Source: Pleomorphomonas carboxyditropha (GTDB lineage Bacteria; Pseudomonadota; Alphaproteobacteria; Rhizobiales; Pleomorphomonadaceae). Taken from it: 24,000 nt of DNA. Where the stretch lies: assembly GCF_002770725.1 (NCBI RefSeq), contig NZ_NQVN01000002.1:64622-88621 (forward strand), given 5' to 3'. A model generated the notes under the pieces. It saw nothing but the letters and a program-made list of their open reading frames with translations. It made no database searches and had not been told where the DNA came from. Numbering within the stretch: the first letter of the stretch is position 1; each line of letters begins with the position of its first letter. Positions 13,094-21,906 of this stretch are shown in pieces. The position numbers and the translations under genes were made by a program.

Positions 13094-13839
13094 GCCCCGC
13101 TCTCCCTGATCGCGCCGTCGCGGATGGCGATGGCCAGACTTGGCCGGTCGGAGGTGAACACCTTGACGCCGAGATCGAGCGCCCTGCCGATCTGGGCGGC
13201 CGTGTGAGCGGCCCAGCAGCCGAAATCGAGCCCCGCCGTCGTCACCTCGGCTCTCAGCGCCGCGTCGGCGGTGTCGATGTGAACGCCGATCTCGGGAATG
13301 GCGTGCGCCCTGGCCACCTCGATCACCGCCGCCGCGCCGAGCTGCTGCAGCACCGGCGGGCTGACCAGCCAGAGGCGCGGCCGGTTTGTTGCCACCCGGA
13401 TGTCGTCGAGCGAGGCGACCAGGAAGGACGAAAAGATCGTCCGCTCCAGCATGGCTTCGCGGTCGAGCAGTTCGACGACGCGCGGCACGAAGCCGGCATA
13501 GGGCCGGCCATCGGCGCCGGGCTTGATCTCGCAACGGAAATCCACCGCACTGTCGCGGAAGATCGCGCAGAGTTCGGTGAGCGTCAGCGGGTGGCCGCCT
13601 TGGCCGTAATTGATGGTCGCCGCCCTGACCTCGGCCTCGCTGAGGCTGGCGATGGCACCGCTGCGGTCGGTGGTGCCGTCGAGCGTCGCATCGTGATGGA
13701 TGACGATGGCGCCGTCGGCGGTCGGATGGACGTCGAACTCCACCTCCTCGACCGGCATCCTGGCCGTCGCGGCAAAGCCTGCCGGCGTGCTGTCGCCGAA
13801 TTCCAGCGTCCCGCCGCGATGCGAGGCGATGCGTGTCAT
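13090..13839 (-). CDS. ugpQ: Glycerophosphodiester phosphodiesterase (GDPD family), cytosolic
   Basis: GDPD motifs are present: ASHRGG, EFDVH and IHHDATLD. There is no signal peptide. AAGGA lies 7 nt before the ATG. The stop overlaps the ATPase start as ATGA (13093-13090). Confidence 0.88.
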   Translation of the reverse strand: MTRIASHRGGTLEFGDSTPAGFAATARMPVEEVEFDVHPTADGAIVIHHDATLDGTTDRSGAIASLSEAEVRAATINYGQGGHPLTLTELCAIFRDSAVDFRCEIKPGADGRPYAGFVPRVVELLDREAMLERTIFSSFLVASLDDIRVATNRPRLWLVSPPVLQQLGAAAVIEVARAHAIPEIGVHIDTADAALRAEVTTAGLDFGCWAAHTAAQIGRALDLGVKVFTSDRPSLAIAIRDGAIRESGA

Positions 13840-13888
13840 GGTCTGGTCCTTCTTGATGAAAAATCCGATTTGCGTGGGTGGGCCGTCG

Positions 13889-14698
13889 TCATTTGACCGC
13901 GCCCATGGTGATGCCGCGCACCAGATGCCGTTCGACCAGCAGGAAACCGAACAGCACGGGAATGATGGTGATGGTGGAGGCGGCCATCACCAGCGGCCAG
14001 TCGACCAGGCCTTCGCCGGGGTTGACGCGATAGAGCCGGGCGAGGCCGATCTGCAGCGTGTAAAGGTCGTCCTTGCCGATGGCGACCAGCGGCCAGATGT
14101 AGTTGTTCCATTCGGTGAGGAAGACGTAGAGCCCCATGGAGAAGATGGCCGGTCGGCTGAGCGGCACGATCACCCGCCACAGCACCTGCAACGGCGTCGC
14201 GCCATCCATGTAGGCGGCCTCGTCGAGCGCCCTGGGGATGCCGCGAATGTACTGGCGCAGGAAGAAGGCGGCGAAACCGTTGGAGATGGCCGGCAGGATC
14301 AGCCCAGCATAGGTGTCGAGCAGGCCGGCCTTGGCCAGCGTCAGGTAGTTGGGGATCAGGCTGATGTGGCTGGGGATCATCAGCGTGGCGACCGTCGCCG
14401 CGAACAGCAGGTCGCCGCCCGGAAAGCGAAAGCGGGCAAAGGCGAAGGCGGCCATGGTGGAGACGGTCAGCGCGATCACCGTCACGCAACCGGAGACGAT
14501 CAGGCTGTTCATCAGATAGCGGGCGAAATGATATTGGCCGATGGCGCGGCCGTAATTGTCGAGCGTGAAGTCGAGCCCGCCCCGGTAGTAGGCGTCAGCG
14601 GTCTGGAACGACATGAAGATCGAGTAGAGCACCGGCGACAGGAAGAGAAGGCCGGCAACCAGCGCCGCCGCCGCGAGGATCGGGTTGTCAGGCTTCAT
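13889..14698 (-). CDS. ugpE: Carbohydrate/glycerophosphodiester ABC transporter permease (MalG/UgpE-like)
   Basis: The EAA-loop region reads LDEAAYMDGATPLQVLWRVIVPLSRPA. The protein has six-TM-type hydrophobicity. Its start overlaps the preceding permease gene by 11 nt, and AGAGGG lies 6 nt upstream. Confidence 0.88.
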   Translation of the reverse strand: MKPDNPILAAAALVAGLLFLSPVLYSIFMSFQTADAYYRGGLDFTLDNYGRAIGQYHFARYLMNSLIVSGCVTVIALTVSTMAAFAFARFRFPGGDLLFAATVATLMIPSHISLIPNYLTLAKAGLLDTYAGLILPAISNGFAAFFLRQYIRGIPRALDEAAYMDGATPLQVLWRVIVPLSRPAIFSMGLYVFLTEWNNYIWPLVAIGKDDLYTLQIGLARLYRVNPGEGLVDWPLVMAASTITIIPVLFGFLLVERHLVRGITMGAVK

Positions 14699-15557
14699 AG
14701 TGGACCCTCTTGCCGAGGATGCGGGACTTGATCAGCGCCAGCGCCACCAGGAGCACGAACAGGATGACCGCCAGCGCCGAGCCTTGCCCGATGTCGAACA
14801 GCACGAAGCCGATGCGGTAGAGCTGGTTGACGAGGAGGTCGGTGGCGCCGGCCGGGCCGCCGCGCGTCATCACGTTGACGATGGTGAACACCTGAAAGGC
14901 CTCGATCACCGAGATGACCAGCAGGAAATAGGTGGTGGGCATGACCAGCGGCATGGTGACGCGCCGGAAGACGTGGCCGGGGCGGCCGCCATCGACGGCG
15001 GCGGCGTCGTAGAGTTCCTGCGGGATGGCCTGGAGGCCGGCGATGTAGATGACGACGTCGTAGCCGAGCTGCTTCCAGGTGTTGACGAAGATCAGCACCC
15101 AGAGCGCCAGGGTCGGGTCCTGCAGCCAGGACACCTTGGCGACACCGAAAAAGCGGAGCGCCGCGTTGGCCATGCCGTAGTCGGTGGAGAACACCCAGGA
15201 GAACACCACGGCGATCGACACGGTGGAGGTGACGTAGGGCAGGAACAGCGCGCCGCGCAACAGGCGCGACACCAGGGTTTCGCGCGTCAGGTAGCTGGCG
15301 ATCAACAGCGCCAGCGCGAGGCGCAGCGGCACCGAGATCGCCGCGAAGCCGGCGGTGACGTGGAGCGATGCCCAGAAGTCGCGCTTGCTCAGCAGTTCGC
15401 GATAGTTGTCGAGGCCGACGAAGGGCATGTTCGGGGTGAGGAAGTCCCATTCCCGAAAGCTGAGATTGAGGCTGCTGACGATCGGCACGTAGGTGAAGAC
15501 GGCGATGAAGGCGATCAGCGGCGCGACGAACAGGTAGGGCGTGAGCTTGCGAAGCAT
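14688..15557 (-). CDS. ugpA: Carbohydrate/glycerophosphodiester ABC transporter permease (MalF/UgpA-like)
   Basis: The N-terminus MLRKLTPYLFVAPLIAFIAVFTYVPIV and the EAA-loop LYDAAAVDGGRPGHVFRRVTMPL fit this family. The track ORF extension to 16208 overlaps the binding-protein gene out of frame and is rejected. Confidence 0.88.
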   Translation of the reverse strand: MLRKLTPYLFVAPLIAFIAVFTYVPIVSSLNLSFREWDFLTPNMPFVGLDNYRELLSKRDFWASLHVTAGFAAISVPLRLALALLIASYLTRETLVSRLLRGALFLPYVTSTVSIAVVFSWVFSTDYGMANAALRFFGVAKVSWLQDPTLALWVLIFVNTWKQLGYDVVIYIAGLQAIPQELYDAAAVDGGRPGHVFRRVTMPLVMPTTYFLLVISVIEAFQVFTIVNVMTRGGPAGATDLLVNQLYRIGFVLFDIGQGSALAVILFVLLVALALIKSRILGKRVHYEA

Positions 15558-15580
15558 GGGTCCGGCCGGGCTTGCGGTGA

Positions 15581-15605
15581 CGGCGGCCCCCAAAAGGGGC
15601 CGCCG
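15581..15605 (-). other. Intercistronic perfect hairpin between the binding-protein and permease genes
   Basis: CGGCGGCCCC-caaaa-GGGGCCGCCG forms a 10-bp perfect GC stem in the 77-nt spacer. Similar elements downstream of SBP genes in ABC operons stabilise the upstream message. The function here is inferred. Confidence 0.5.
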
Positions 15606-15634
15606 CGACAGGCGTGGGACGCTGGGGAACGCGC

Positions 15635-16888
15635 TTACTGGCGGGCGGCTTCGGCGCGGGTCTGGGCGGCGAAGTCCTTCATCGTCTCCTCGACGCCGCG
15701 CTGGCCGAGCGCCATCGCTTCCCACATCTTGTATTCGGTGGTGCGCATCCAGGTGACGACCGGCGGACGGGCGCGGCCATGGGCAAACGGCAGTTGCTCG
15801 ATGGCGACGTCGATGCCCGGCTGCGATTTCAGCGCCTCGGCGGCTACCGGCAGGGCGGCGCTCTTCTTGTTGATCGGCAGGTAGCCGGTGGCGGCGAACC
15901 AGGTGGCGTTGGCTTCCGGCGAGGCGGCGTAGCTGATGAACTTGTAGGCGGCGTCCTGCACGTCCTTCGGCGACGAGGCGAGGATGCCGATGCCGGCGCC
16001 GCCGATCGGAACCGAGCAGACCTTGTTGCAGGGCATGGGCTTGACGACGAGGTTGTCGCCCAGCGCCTTCTTGGAGCCGCCGTAGTTGCCGGTGGAATTC
16101 AGCATGATGCCGACCTTGCCGGCCAGGAAGGCGTCGCGGCCGTTGTCTTCCTCGGTCACGCCGTCGGCGGAGGCGACCTTGTGCTCGTAGACCAGCGACG
16201 ACATCCACTTGTAGGCATCGATGGTGTTGGGGGTGTCGAGCAGGATGTCGTTGGTCTTGGAATCGATCAGTTCGCTGTCGTTGCCCATGACGAGGCCCCA
16301 GCGGGCGAACTGACCGGGCGCGGCGATGCCGGTGATGCCGTCGGCGCCGAGCTTGTCGGTGATGGTCCTGGACACGGCAAGGATGTCGTCGAAGGTCTTG
16401 AGCGGCGGCTCGGCCGTGTAGCCGGCGCGCGCGAAGATGTCCTTGTTGTAGTAGAGGACCGGCGTCGACGAGTTGAAGGGCACGATATAGTTCTTGCCCT
16501 TGTAGACGCCGATTTCGCGGGCGTAGCCGTAGAGGTCGTCCTTGAGCGGGTCGGCGTCGAAATAGGGCGTCAGGTCGGTGAGCACGCCGCGGTCGGCGAA
16601 CAGGCCGTAGCGGGTGACTTCCAGGATGACGGCGTCGGGCGCGCGATTGGCCGGGATGGCGGCCTGCAGCTTGGCGACGATGTCGTTGTAGTTGCCGACG
16701 AACTCGGCCTCCACGTCGACGTCGGGATTGGCGGCCTCGAAGCTGGCGATGATCTTGTCGAGAGCCTCACCGCCTTCCTTGTTGAAGCTGTGCCAGAACT
16801 TGACGGTCACCGCCGCCGATGCCGGGAGAATTGTGCTGGCCAGAAGGACAAGGCTGGCTAGAACGGTCGATGCGAAGCGACTGGACAT
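15635..16888 (-). CDS. ugpB: ABC transporter extracellular solute-binding protein, family 1 (UgpB-like)
   Basis: The signal peptide reads MSSRFASTVLASLVLLASTILPASA|AVT, followed by a family-1 SBP body (KFWHSF...). The ATG at 16888 is preceded by GGAGG, whereas the track start at 16933 is a TTG. Confidence 0.85.
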   Translation of the reverse strand: MSSRFASTVLASLVLLASTILPASAAVTVKFWHSFNKEGGEALDKIIASFEAANPDVDVEAEFVGNYNDIVAKLQAAIPANRAPDAVILEVTRYGLFADRGVLTDLTPYFDADPLKDDLYGYAREIGVYKGKNYIVPFNSSTPVLYYNKDIFARAGYTAEPPLKTFDDILAVSRTITDKLGADGITGIAAPGQFARWGLVMGNDSELIDSKTNDILLDTPNTIDAYKWMSSLVYEHKVASADGVTEEDNGRDAFLAGKVGIMLNSTGNYGGSKKALGDNLVVKPMPCNKVCSVPIGGAGIGILASSPKDVQDAAYKFISYAASPEANATWFAATGYLPINKKSAALPVAAEALKSQPGIDVAIEQLPFAHGRARPPVVTWMRTTEYKMWEAMALGQRGVEETMKDFAAQTRAEAARQ

Positions 16889-17047
16889 GATGCCTCCGAT
16901 AGCGTTTATGTTGTGATTTGCAATAAACGGCAATCGTTGCGGCCTGTATTTCGCGTTGTTGTCGAGTATTGCTATTTTATACTACATTTTTATTGTGACG
17001 TTATTTTAAATTCCGGTTTTATTTGACCGTTGATGGCGACGATAGTT

Positions 17048-17932
17048 CTATCGGCCGATCATGGCCGGCAGCTCGTTTCGGAATGCCCGGAAGTCTTCCA
17101 GCGCCTTGAACGACTTGCCGTCGTCGATGGCGGCGAGATCGAGGATGACGGCGTTGGCGATGGTCATCGGCACGACCAGCGACTGGGAGTCGCCCGGTCC
17201 GCCGCGCGAGGCGGCGATGAGGTGGTCCGGCGCCGGATCGAGGCGGGTGCCGCCGACGTCGGTCAGGGCGAGAACGGTGGCGCCGCGCCGCCGGGCGAGC
17301 CGCAGCACTTCGAGCACGACCGGTGACGGGCGGCGGAAGGCCAGCAGCCAGACCACGTCGCCCGCCGACAGCGGCACCAGGTGCTCGGACATCTGGTGGG
17401 TGACGGCGGAGAGGTCGACGGCGTCGTAGCCGGACCGCCTGAGGCGCATGGCGATCAGCGCCGCCAGCGTCGCGGCGTGGCTGCGGCCGAGGACGAAGAC
17501 GCGGCGGCCGCCGCGGATGGCCTTGGCGAAGGTGCGGATGCCGTCGTCGGTGACGGCGGCCCGCAACTGCTGAAGGGCGGCAATCTCGCTGTCCAGCACC
17601 AGAGACAGGGCGCTGCTCTCGCTCGCCCGGATCAGGCGGGCGGCGATGCGGGCCGAGCCACTCTCGAAATCGCCGGTGCCCTCGACCAGGTTGCTCTGGA
17701 GAAAGGCGCGAAATTCCGGGTAGCCGGCGAAGCCGAGGCGCTGGGCGAGGCGAACGGCGGCGGCGGGATGGAGGCCGGCGCGCGAGGAAACGTCCTTGCC
17801 GTTTTCCATGGCGGCACGCAGCGGGTCCTGCAGCAGCACGTCGATCAGGCGCACGTCGGCTTCGGTGAGGCGGGCGCCGCTCTGGGAAAGCACGGCGCCG
17901 AGAAAGCCGGGGAGCTGGGGCTTGGTGTTCAT
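17048..17932 (-). CDS. MurR/RpiR-family transcriptional regulator (HTH_6 plus SIS phosphosugar-binding domain)
   Basis: The N-terminal HTH region reads GKDVSSRAGLHPAAAVRLAQRLGFAGYPEFRAFL. The SIS region reads RRVFVLGRSHAATLAALIAMRL. The ATG at 17932 is preferred over the TTG at 17953. Confidence 0.88.
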   Translation of the reverse strand: MNTKPQLPGFLGAVLSQSGARLTEADVRLIDVLLQDPLRAAMENGKDVSSRAGLHPAAAVRLAQRLGFAGYPEFRAFLQSNLVEGTGDFESGSARIAARLIRASESSALSLVLDSEIAALQQLRAAVTDDGIRTFAKAIRGGRRVFVLGRSHAATLAALIAMRLRRSGYDAVDLSAVTHQMSEHLVPLSAGDVVWLLAFRRPSPVVLEVLRLARRRGATVLALTDVGGTRLDPAPDHLIAASRGGPGDSQSLVVPMTIANAVILDLAAIDDGKSFKALEDFRAFRNELPAMIGR

Positions 17933-17945
17933 GCAGGATCGATAG

Positions 17946-17967
17946 GTCTGCAATTTGAATTGCAGAC
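17946..17967. promoter_or_regulatory. 22-bp perfect palindrome, candidate operator or 5'-UTR hairpin 14 nt upstream of the rpiR-like start
   Basis: The sequence is GTCTGCAATT-TG-AATTGCAGAC, with 10-bp perfect arms and a 2-bp spacer. Confidence 0.45.
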
Positions 17968-17971
17968 GTCG

Positions 17972-17983
17972 ATTTCATGAAAT
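17972..17983. promoter_or_regulatory. 12-bp perfect palindrome next to the 22-bp palindrome
   Basis: ATTTCATGAAAT is self-complementary. It lies 4 bp from the larger palindrome in the HK-stop/rpiR-start spacer. Confidence 0.35.
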
Positions 17984-18072
17984 TTTGATTACGGGGACAT
18001 GATGGCCTTCGCGGTGGGAAGGACCTCCCTCTGCGAGAACGGTCCACTTGATGCGCTATAGACGGGTGACAG

Positions 18073-19671
18073 TTATGTCGGATCGGTGGTCGCGGGCAGA
18101 TCGATCCGGAAGGCGGCTCCCTTGCCACTGTCGACGAGATCGAGACTGCCCCGGTGGGCCGTCACCATGGCGCGGGCGATGGAAAGGCCCATGCCGGTAC
18201 CACCGTCGGCGCGCCGGGTGGTGAAGAAGGGATCGAAGATACGCGCGCGGTTGGCCGGCGAGATGCCGGGACCGTCGTCGGCAACGACGATGGCGCGCCG
18301 GCCGGCTGCCGACGCTGCCGAGATGGTGACGCGTCCGGCGCCGGCCCGCGCCGCATTGTCGATAAGGTGGCCGAGAACGAGGGCAAGCGTTTCGGTCGAC
18401 ATGGCGACGCTTCGGTCGAGCTCGCCGGTCGCCTCGATCGCCACTTTCGGTTTGTCGTCGCGCAGGAGCGCGATTGCCTCGGTCGGCCGGCAGGCACCGG
18501 CGGTCGGCATGGTCTCGGCGCGGGCGAGATCGCGCAGGCAGCTCACCAGCGCGCCAAGCCGGTCGGCATTGGCTCGGATCGCGGCGAGGAAGTCGGCGCG
18601 CTGGGCGGGCGTCATGGCCGGCTCGGAGGCGTCGTCGGCCAGCAGTTCGGCCGCCCCGGAGATGGCGGTCAGCGGCGACTTCAGCTCGTGGGAGACATGG
18701 GCGGCGAAGGTCGCGACATAATCCGAGCGGGCCGCGAGGCTGGCGGCCATGTCGAGGAAGCTCTGGGAAAGGCGGGCGAATTCCGCCGTGCCGTGATGGT
18801 CGAGCGGCTTCAGCGAGGCGCGGTCACCGCCGGCGATCGCCGTGGTGCGCGCGATCAGCGCCTGCATCGGCCCCATGATGGTGCGGTGGAAGACGAAGCC
18901 GATGGCCGACGTTGCCGCCAGCACGCACAGCAGCGCCAATCCGATCCTGTATCTCTCCTGATAGAGTTGCTTGAGGGCATCGGCCGGCGTGCGCGAGGCG
19001 TAGACGACGGCGGCAACGCGCCCGTCGACGGCGACCGGCAGGGCGACGAACACGCGGACGCCGGTGCCCCGGCTGATCGAATCGAGGGCCGGCACCGGAT
19101 GTCGGGACACGCGCCGCCGCAGCGCCGACCGGTAGTGTCCGGCCAACGCGCCGGCTACCTCGGGCAAGGTGGCCAGCGACTGCCCGACCTCATCACCGCC
19201 AGCCACCACCATACCGTCGGCGTCGAGGATGCGGAAGCCGGCCAGCGTCGCCGCGCTGATCGCCGCCAGCTCCGGCGTCAGACGAAGACCAAGGTCGGCG
19301 AGAGCCGAATGAGCGGTGCCGGCGGCGGGCATCGCTTCGGGGCGCGGCGGCAACACCTCGTCGGTGGCAAGATCGAGCCGAGGCGAAATGGCAGCGAGAC
19401 CGTCGGCATTCGGCGTGCCCGCCCGAACCGGCGGCCCAAGCCGCAGGCCGGCAGGAGCACGAGCCGAGAGCTCGGCGCCGATCCGCGCGGCGATGGCGGC
19501 GCTCTGGGCGATCAGCTCGGCCTCGGTCTGGCGGACCAGCTGGTTATCGTAGATGCGGAAGAAGACGACGCTGCCGAGCGGCAGGCAGGCCACCAGCGCC
19601 AGGACGGAGGCGATGATCAGGCTGAGACGCGGCCGCCACTTTTGCCGCACCCGCGGCGCCGGCGCGCTCAC
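18073..19671 (-). CDS. Sensor histidine kinase (two TM segments, periplasmic domain, HisKA, HATPase_c)
   Basis: The H-box is SHELKSPLTAISGAAELL, the N-box HLIDNAARAG, G1 VADDGPGI and G2 GGTGMGLSIA. The proposed start is the GTG at 19671, which overlaps the response-regulator stop as GTGA. The track start at 19737 would overlap the regulator gene by 70 nt. Confidence 0.85.
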   Translation of the reverse strand: MSAPAPRVRQKWRPRLSLIIASVLALVACLPLGSVVFFRIYDNQLVRQTEAELIAQSAAIAARIGAELSARAPAGLRLGPPVRAGTPNADGLAAISPRLDLATDEVLPPRPEAMPAAGTAHSALADLGLRLTPELAAISAATLAGFRILDADGMVVAGGDEVGQSLATLPEVAGALAGHYRSALRRRVSRHPVPALDSISRGTGVRVFVALPVAVDGRVAAVVYASRTPADALKQLYQERYRIGLALLCVLAATSAIGFVFHRTIMGPMQALIARTTAIAGGDRASLKPLDHHGTAEFARLSQSFLDMAASLAARSDYVATFAAHVSHELKSPLTAISGAAELLADDASEPAMTPAQRADFLAAIRANADRLGALVSCLRDLARAETMPTAGACRPTEAIALLRDDKPKVAIEATGELDRSVAMSTETLALVLGHLIDNAARAGAGRVTISAASAAGRRAIVVADDGPGISPANRARIFDPFFTTRRADGGTGMGLSIARAMVTAHRGSLDLVDSGKGAAFRIDLPATTDPT

Positions 19672-20372
19672 GATGCCGCCGCGCAAGGGCCGAGCCGGAA
19701 ACCGACGCCATGCACCGTTTCGATGGCCGTGGCGCAACCGGCTGCCCCGAGCTTGGCGCGGATGTTGCGGATGTGGCTGTCGACGGTACGGTCGGAGACG
19801 TGGATAGCGTCGGGCCAGGCCGTTTCCAGAATTCGCCGACGGTCAAATACCTGGTTCGGGCGGCTCATCAGGGCACGCAGAATGGCGAATTCCTGGGCCG
19901 TAAGCGCCACAGGCCGCTCGCCGACAAAGGTACGATAGCCATCGGGGTCGAGCGAGACGACGCCACGGCCGAGGCGCCGGGCTTCGGACTTCGGCTTCGA
20001 AGCCCCGAGGCTGCGTTTCAGAATGGCGGCGACGCGCGCCACCAGCTCGCGCGGTGAGAAGGGCTTGGTGACGTAATCGTCGCCTCCGAGTTCGAGACCG
20101 AGTATCCGGTCGATTTCCTCGTCGCGCGCCGACAGGAACAGGATCGGCGCTTCGCTGGTCTTGCGGATTTCGCGGCAGGCGGCGAATCCATCCATCTCCG
20201 GCATGCCGATATCGAGAACGACGAGGTCGGGCGCTTCGGCGGCAAACAGGATGAGCGCTTCCCTTCCGTCGCCGGCGGCACGCGTGCGATGCCCTGCCTT
20301 TTCCAAGGCGAAGGTAATGACCGAGCGAATGGCGGGATCGTCATCGACCACCAGGATGGAAGCAGGCTGCAT
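19668..20372 (-). CDS. OmpR/PhoB-family response regulator (receiver plus winged-helix DNA-binding domain)
   Basis: The protein begins MQPASILVVDDDPAIR, and carries LDIGMPEMDG and the GGDDYVTKPFSPRELVARV linker. The C-terminal winged helix reads LTAQEFAILRAL...RTVDSHIRNIRAKL...VHGVGFRL. The real start is the ATG at 20372. The track extension to 20774 overlaps the upstream gene out of frame. Confidence 0.9.
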   Translation of the reverse strand: MQPASILVVDDDPAIRSVITFALEKAGHRTRAAGDGREALILFAAEAPDLVVLDIGMPEMDGFAACREIRKTSEAPILFLSARDEEIDRILGLELGGDDYVTKPFSPRELVARVAAILKRSLGASKPKSEARRLGRGVVSLDPDGYRTFVGERPVALTAQEFAILRALMSRPNQVFDRRRILETAWPDAIHVSDRTVDSHIRNIRAKLGAAGCATAIETVHGVGFRLGPCAAAS

Positions 20373-20379
20373 GACGGAG

Positions 20380-21906
20380 TCACCGGGGTTCGGAGGCGGT
20401 CCACTGAGGCGCTTCGGACAAATAGCGCCTGAGCCGCCAATCCGCAAAGCTCCAGGTTCTCCAATCATCATCGGTCGCAAGTATTTGGGCGGTCGCCTGA
20501 TCGCGCCAATCATCAAGGGGCATGCTGCCCCAAGCCCCGCCAATGTAGAGGACCAGGCCGGCGCCACGTCCGGCGAGCAGATCGCGGCGGGCGTCGAGCG
20601 CCGGTATAGCCCGCGCCCCGAAGGTGCGGATGATATAGCCGAGATCCAACCCAGCGCCTCGGCCGGTCGCCTCCCGCGAATGGGCGATGTTGAAGCCGGT
20701 GACCAGGCTGGCGAAATCGATGAAGCAACAAACCCAAAGGGCGAGGAGAGCCGCGCCGGCATTGACGTTGACAAGCCAGCGCGTGGATTGCCCGGCGAGG
20801 ATGCGGATGAGGATGGTCAGGAAGCCGAAGGCGACGAGTCCCATCCAGACGAAGGCGGCCACGCGCCAGAGCGTCAGCGAATAGGCCTCCACATAGAGAT
20901 CGAGGCGCAGCATGGACGAGGCGACCAGCAGCAGTCCCTGCGCCATGAAGCCCAGGAGGAGCGGCTTTGCACCTGGGTCCCGCCCATCCGGGTGGCCGCG
21001 AAGCGTGATCAGCACGAAGGTGGCTGCCACCATCGCCGCGACCATCAGCGGATAGGCGCCGCGATGGGCGTATTCGGCATGGGTCATACCCTCGGGGAGC
21101 TCCATGCCGCCCCATAGATAGCCGAGATCGCTGAGCGTCTGCAGCGCGAACAGCAGGTTGAAGGAGACGAGCGAGCGCCGGACGGCAACCTCACCGAACA
21201 AGCCCGACCAGAGTCCGTTAACGATCGGTAGCACGGGCGGCGTCGCAGCGGCGTGCCGGCCTCGTCCGAGGTGCAGGAATGGCCAGACGATGAGCGCCGC
21301 CGCCACCCAGAAGATGAGATGAGGCCCATCGATGGACATCAGGCGGTCCGGCTTCAGCAAGCCGGCCCAGTGGTCGATCACCGGGTTGGACAGCAGGAAC
21401 ATGGCGAGGAAGAACAACGACAGGCCAACCGGCACGATCCATCCGGAAATGTCGAAGCGCAGCCGGCCACGCCGGGCCATCGCCCGCCGAACAAGCACGA
21501 TGTCCGCGGCGAGCCGCAGCCAGCCGAAGAGAGGCGACAGGGCGACGACTCTCGTGACCATCGCCCATCCGACGGCGCCATGAACGAGCAATACGACGCT
21601 GACGGCGGACAGGCCGATGGCGAGGGGAACGGACAGCAGATCCGCGTCGGTCGCCAGCGCAACGGCGGCGGCCGCCAGCAAGGCAGCGGCGGCAAGGCGT
21701 CGGTTCCTGCGAGAATGGAGCCGGTTGAACGTCGCCGCCGCCGCAAAAAGCAAGATGAGAAAGAGCGCAATCGGCAAGCCGGCAGCCGGCGTTTCATAGA
21801 AAAGAAAGTCGGCAATCGCGACCAGCAGGACAAGGGCAGCCAAGCGCTGCTTGAACCAGAGAGCGGGAGCGACGAAAGCGGGCCGGCGGTTGGCGGCAAG
21901 GCTCAT
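20380..21906 (-). CDS. Polytopic inner-membrane protein of unknown function (DUF4153/DUF4173-like)
   Basis: The protein has more than 10 hydrophobic segments. Motifs recalled from DUF4153/DUF4173 proteins are present (THAEYAHRGAYPL, YVEAYSLTLWRV). Its stop lies 7 nt before the response-regulator ATG. The start is uncertain: the ATG at 21906 has GGAG 10 nt upstream, and the in-frame ATG at 22044 would add a 46-aa Arg-rich extension. Confidence 0.75.
   Translation of the reverse strand: MSLAANRRPAFVAPALWFKQRLAALVLLVAIADFLFYETPAAGLPIALFLILLFAAAATFNRLHSRRNRRLAAAALLAAAAVALATDADLLSVPLAIGLSAVSVVLLVHGAVGWAMVTRVVALSPLFGWLRLAADIVLVRRAMARRGRLRFDISGWIVPVGLSLFFLAMFLLSNPVIDHWAGLLKPDRLMSIDGPHLIFWVAAALIVWPFLHLGRGRHAAATPPVLPIVNGLWSGLFGEVAVRRSLVSFNLLFALQTLSDLGYLWGGMELPEGMTHAEYAHRGAYPLMVAAMVAATFVLITLRGHPDGRDPGAKPLLLGFMAQGLLLVASSMLRLDLYVEAYSLTLWRVAAFVWMGLVAFGFLTILIRILAGQSTRWLVNVNAGAALLALWVCCFIDFASLVTGFNIAHSREATGRGAGLDLGYIIRTFGARAIPALDARRDLLAGRGAGLVLYIGGAWGSMPLDDWRDQATAQILATDDDWRTWSFADWRLRRYLSEAPQWTASEPR

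Noticed and set aside
16889-17047. A Pho box upstream of the ugpB-like gene, expected by analogy with E. coli ugp.
   Set aside because: I could not find a convincing tandem CTGTCAT-type repeat by eye in this AT-rich region. This absence is not proof, and a matrix scan is required. I report it only as a caveat in the ugp finding.
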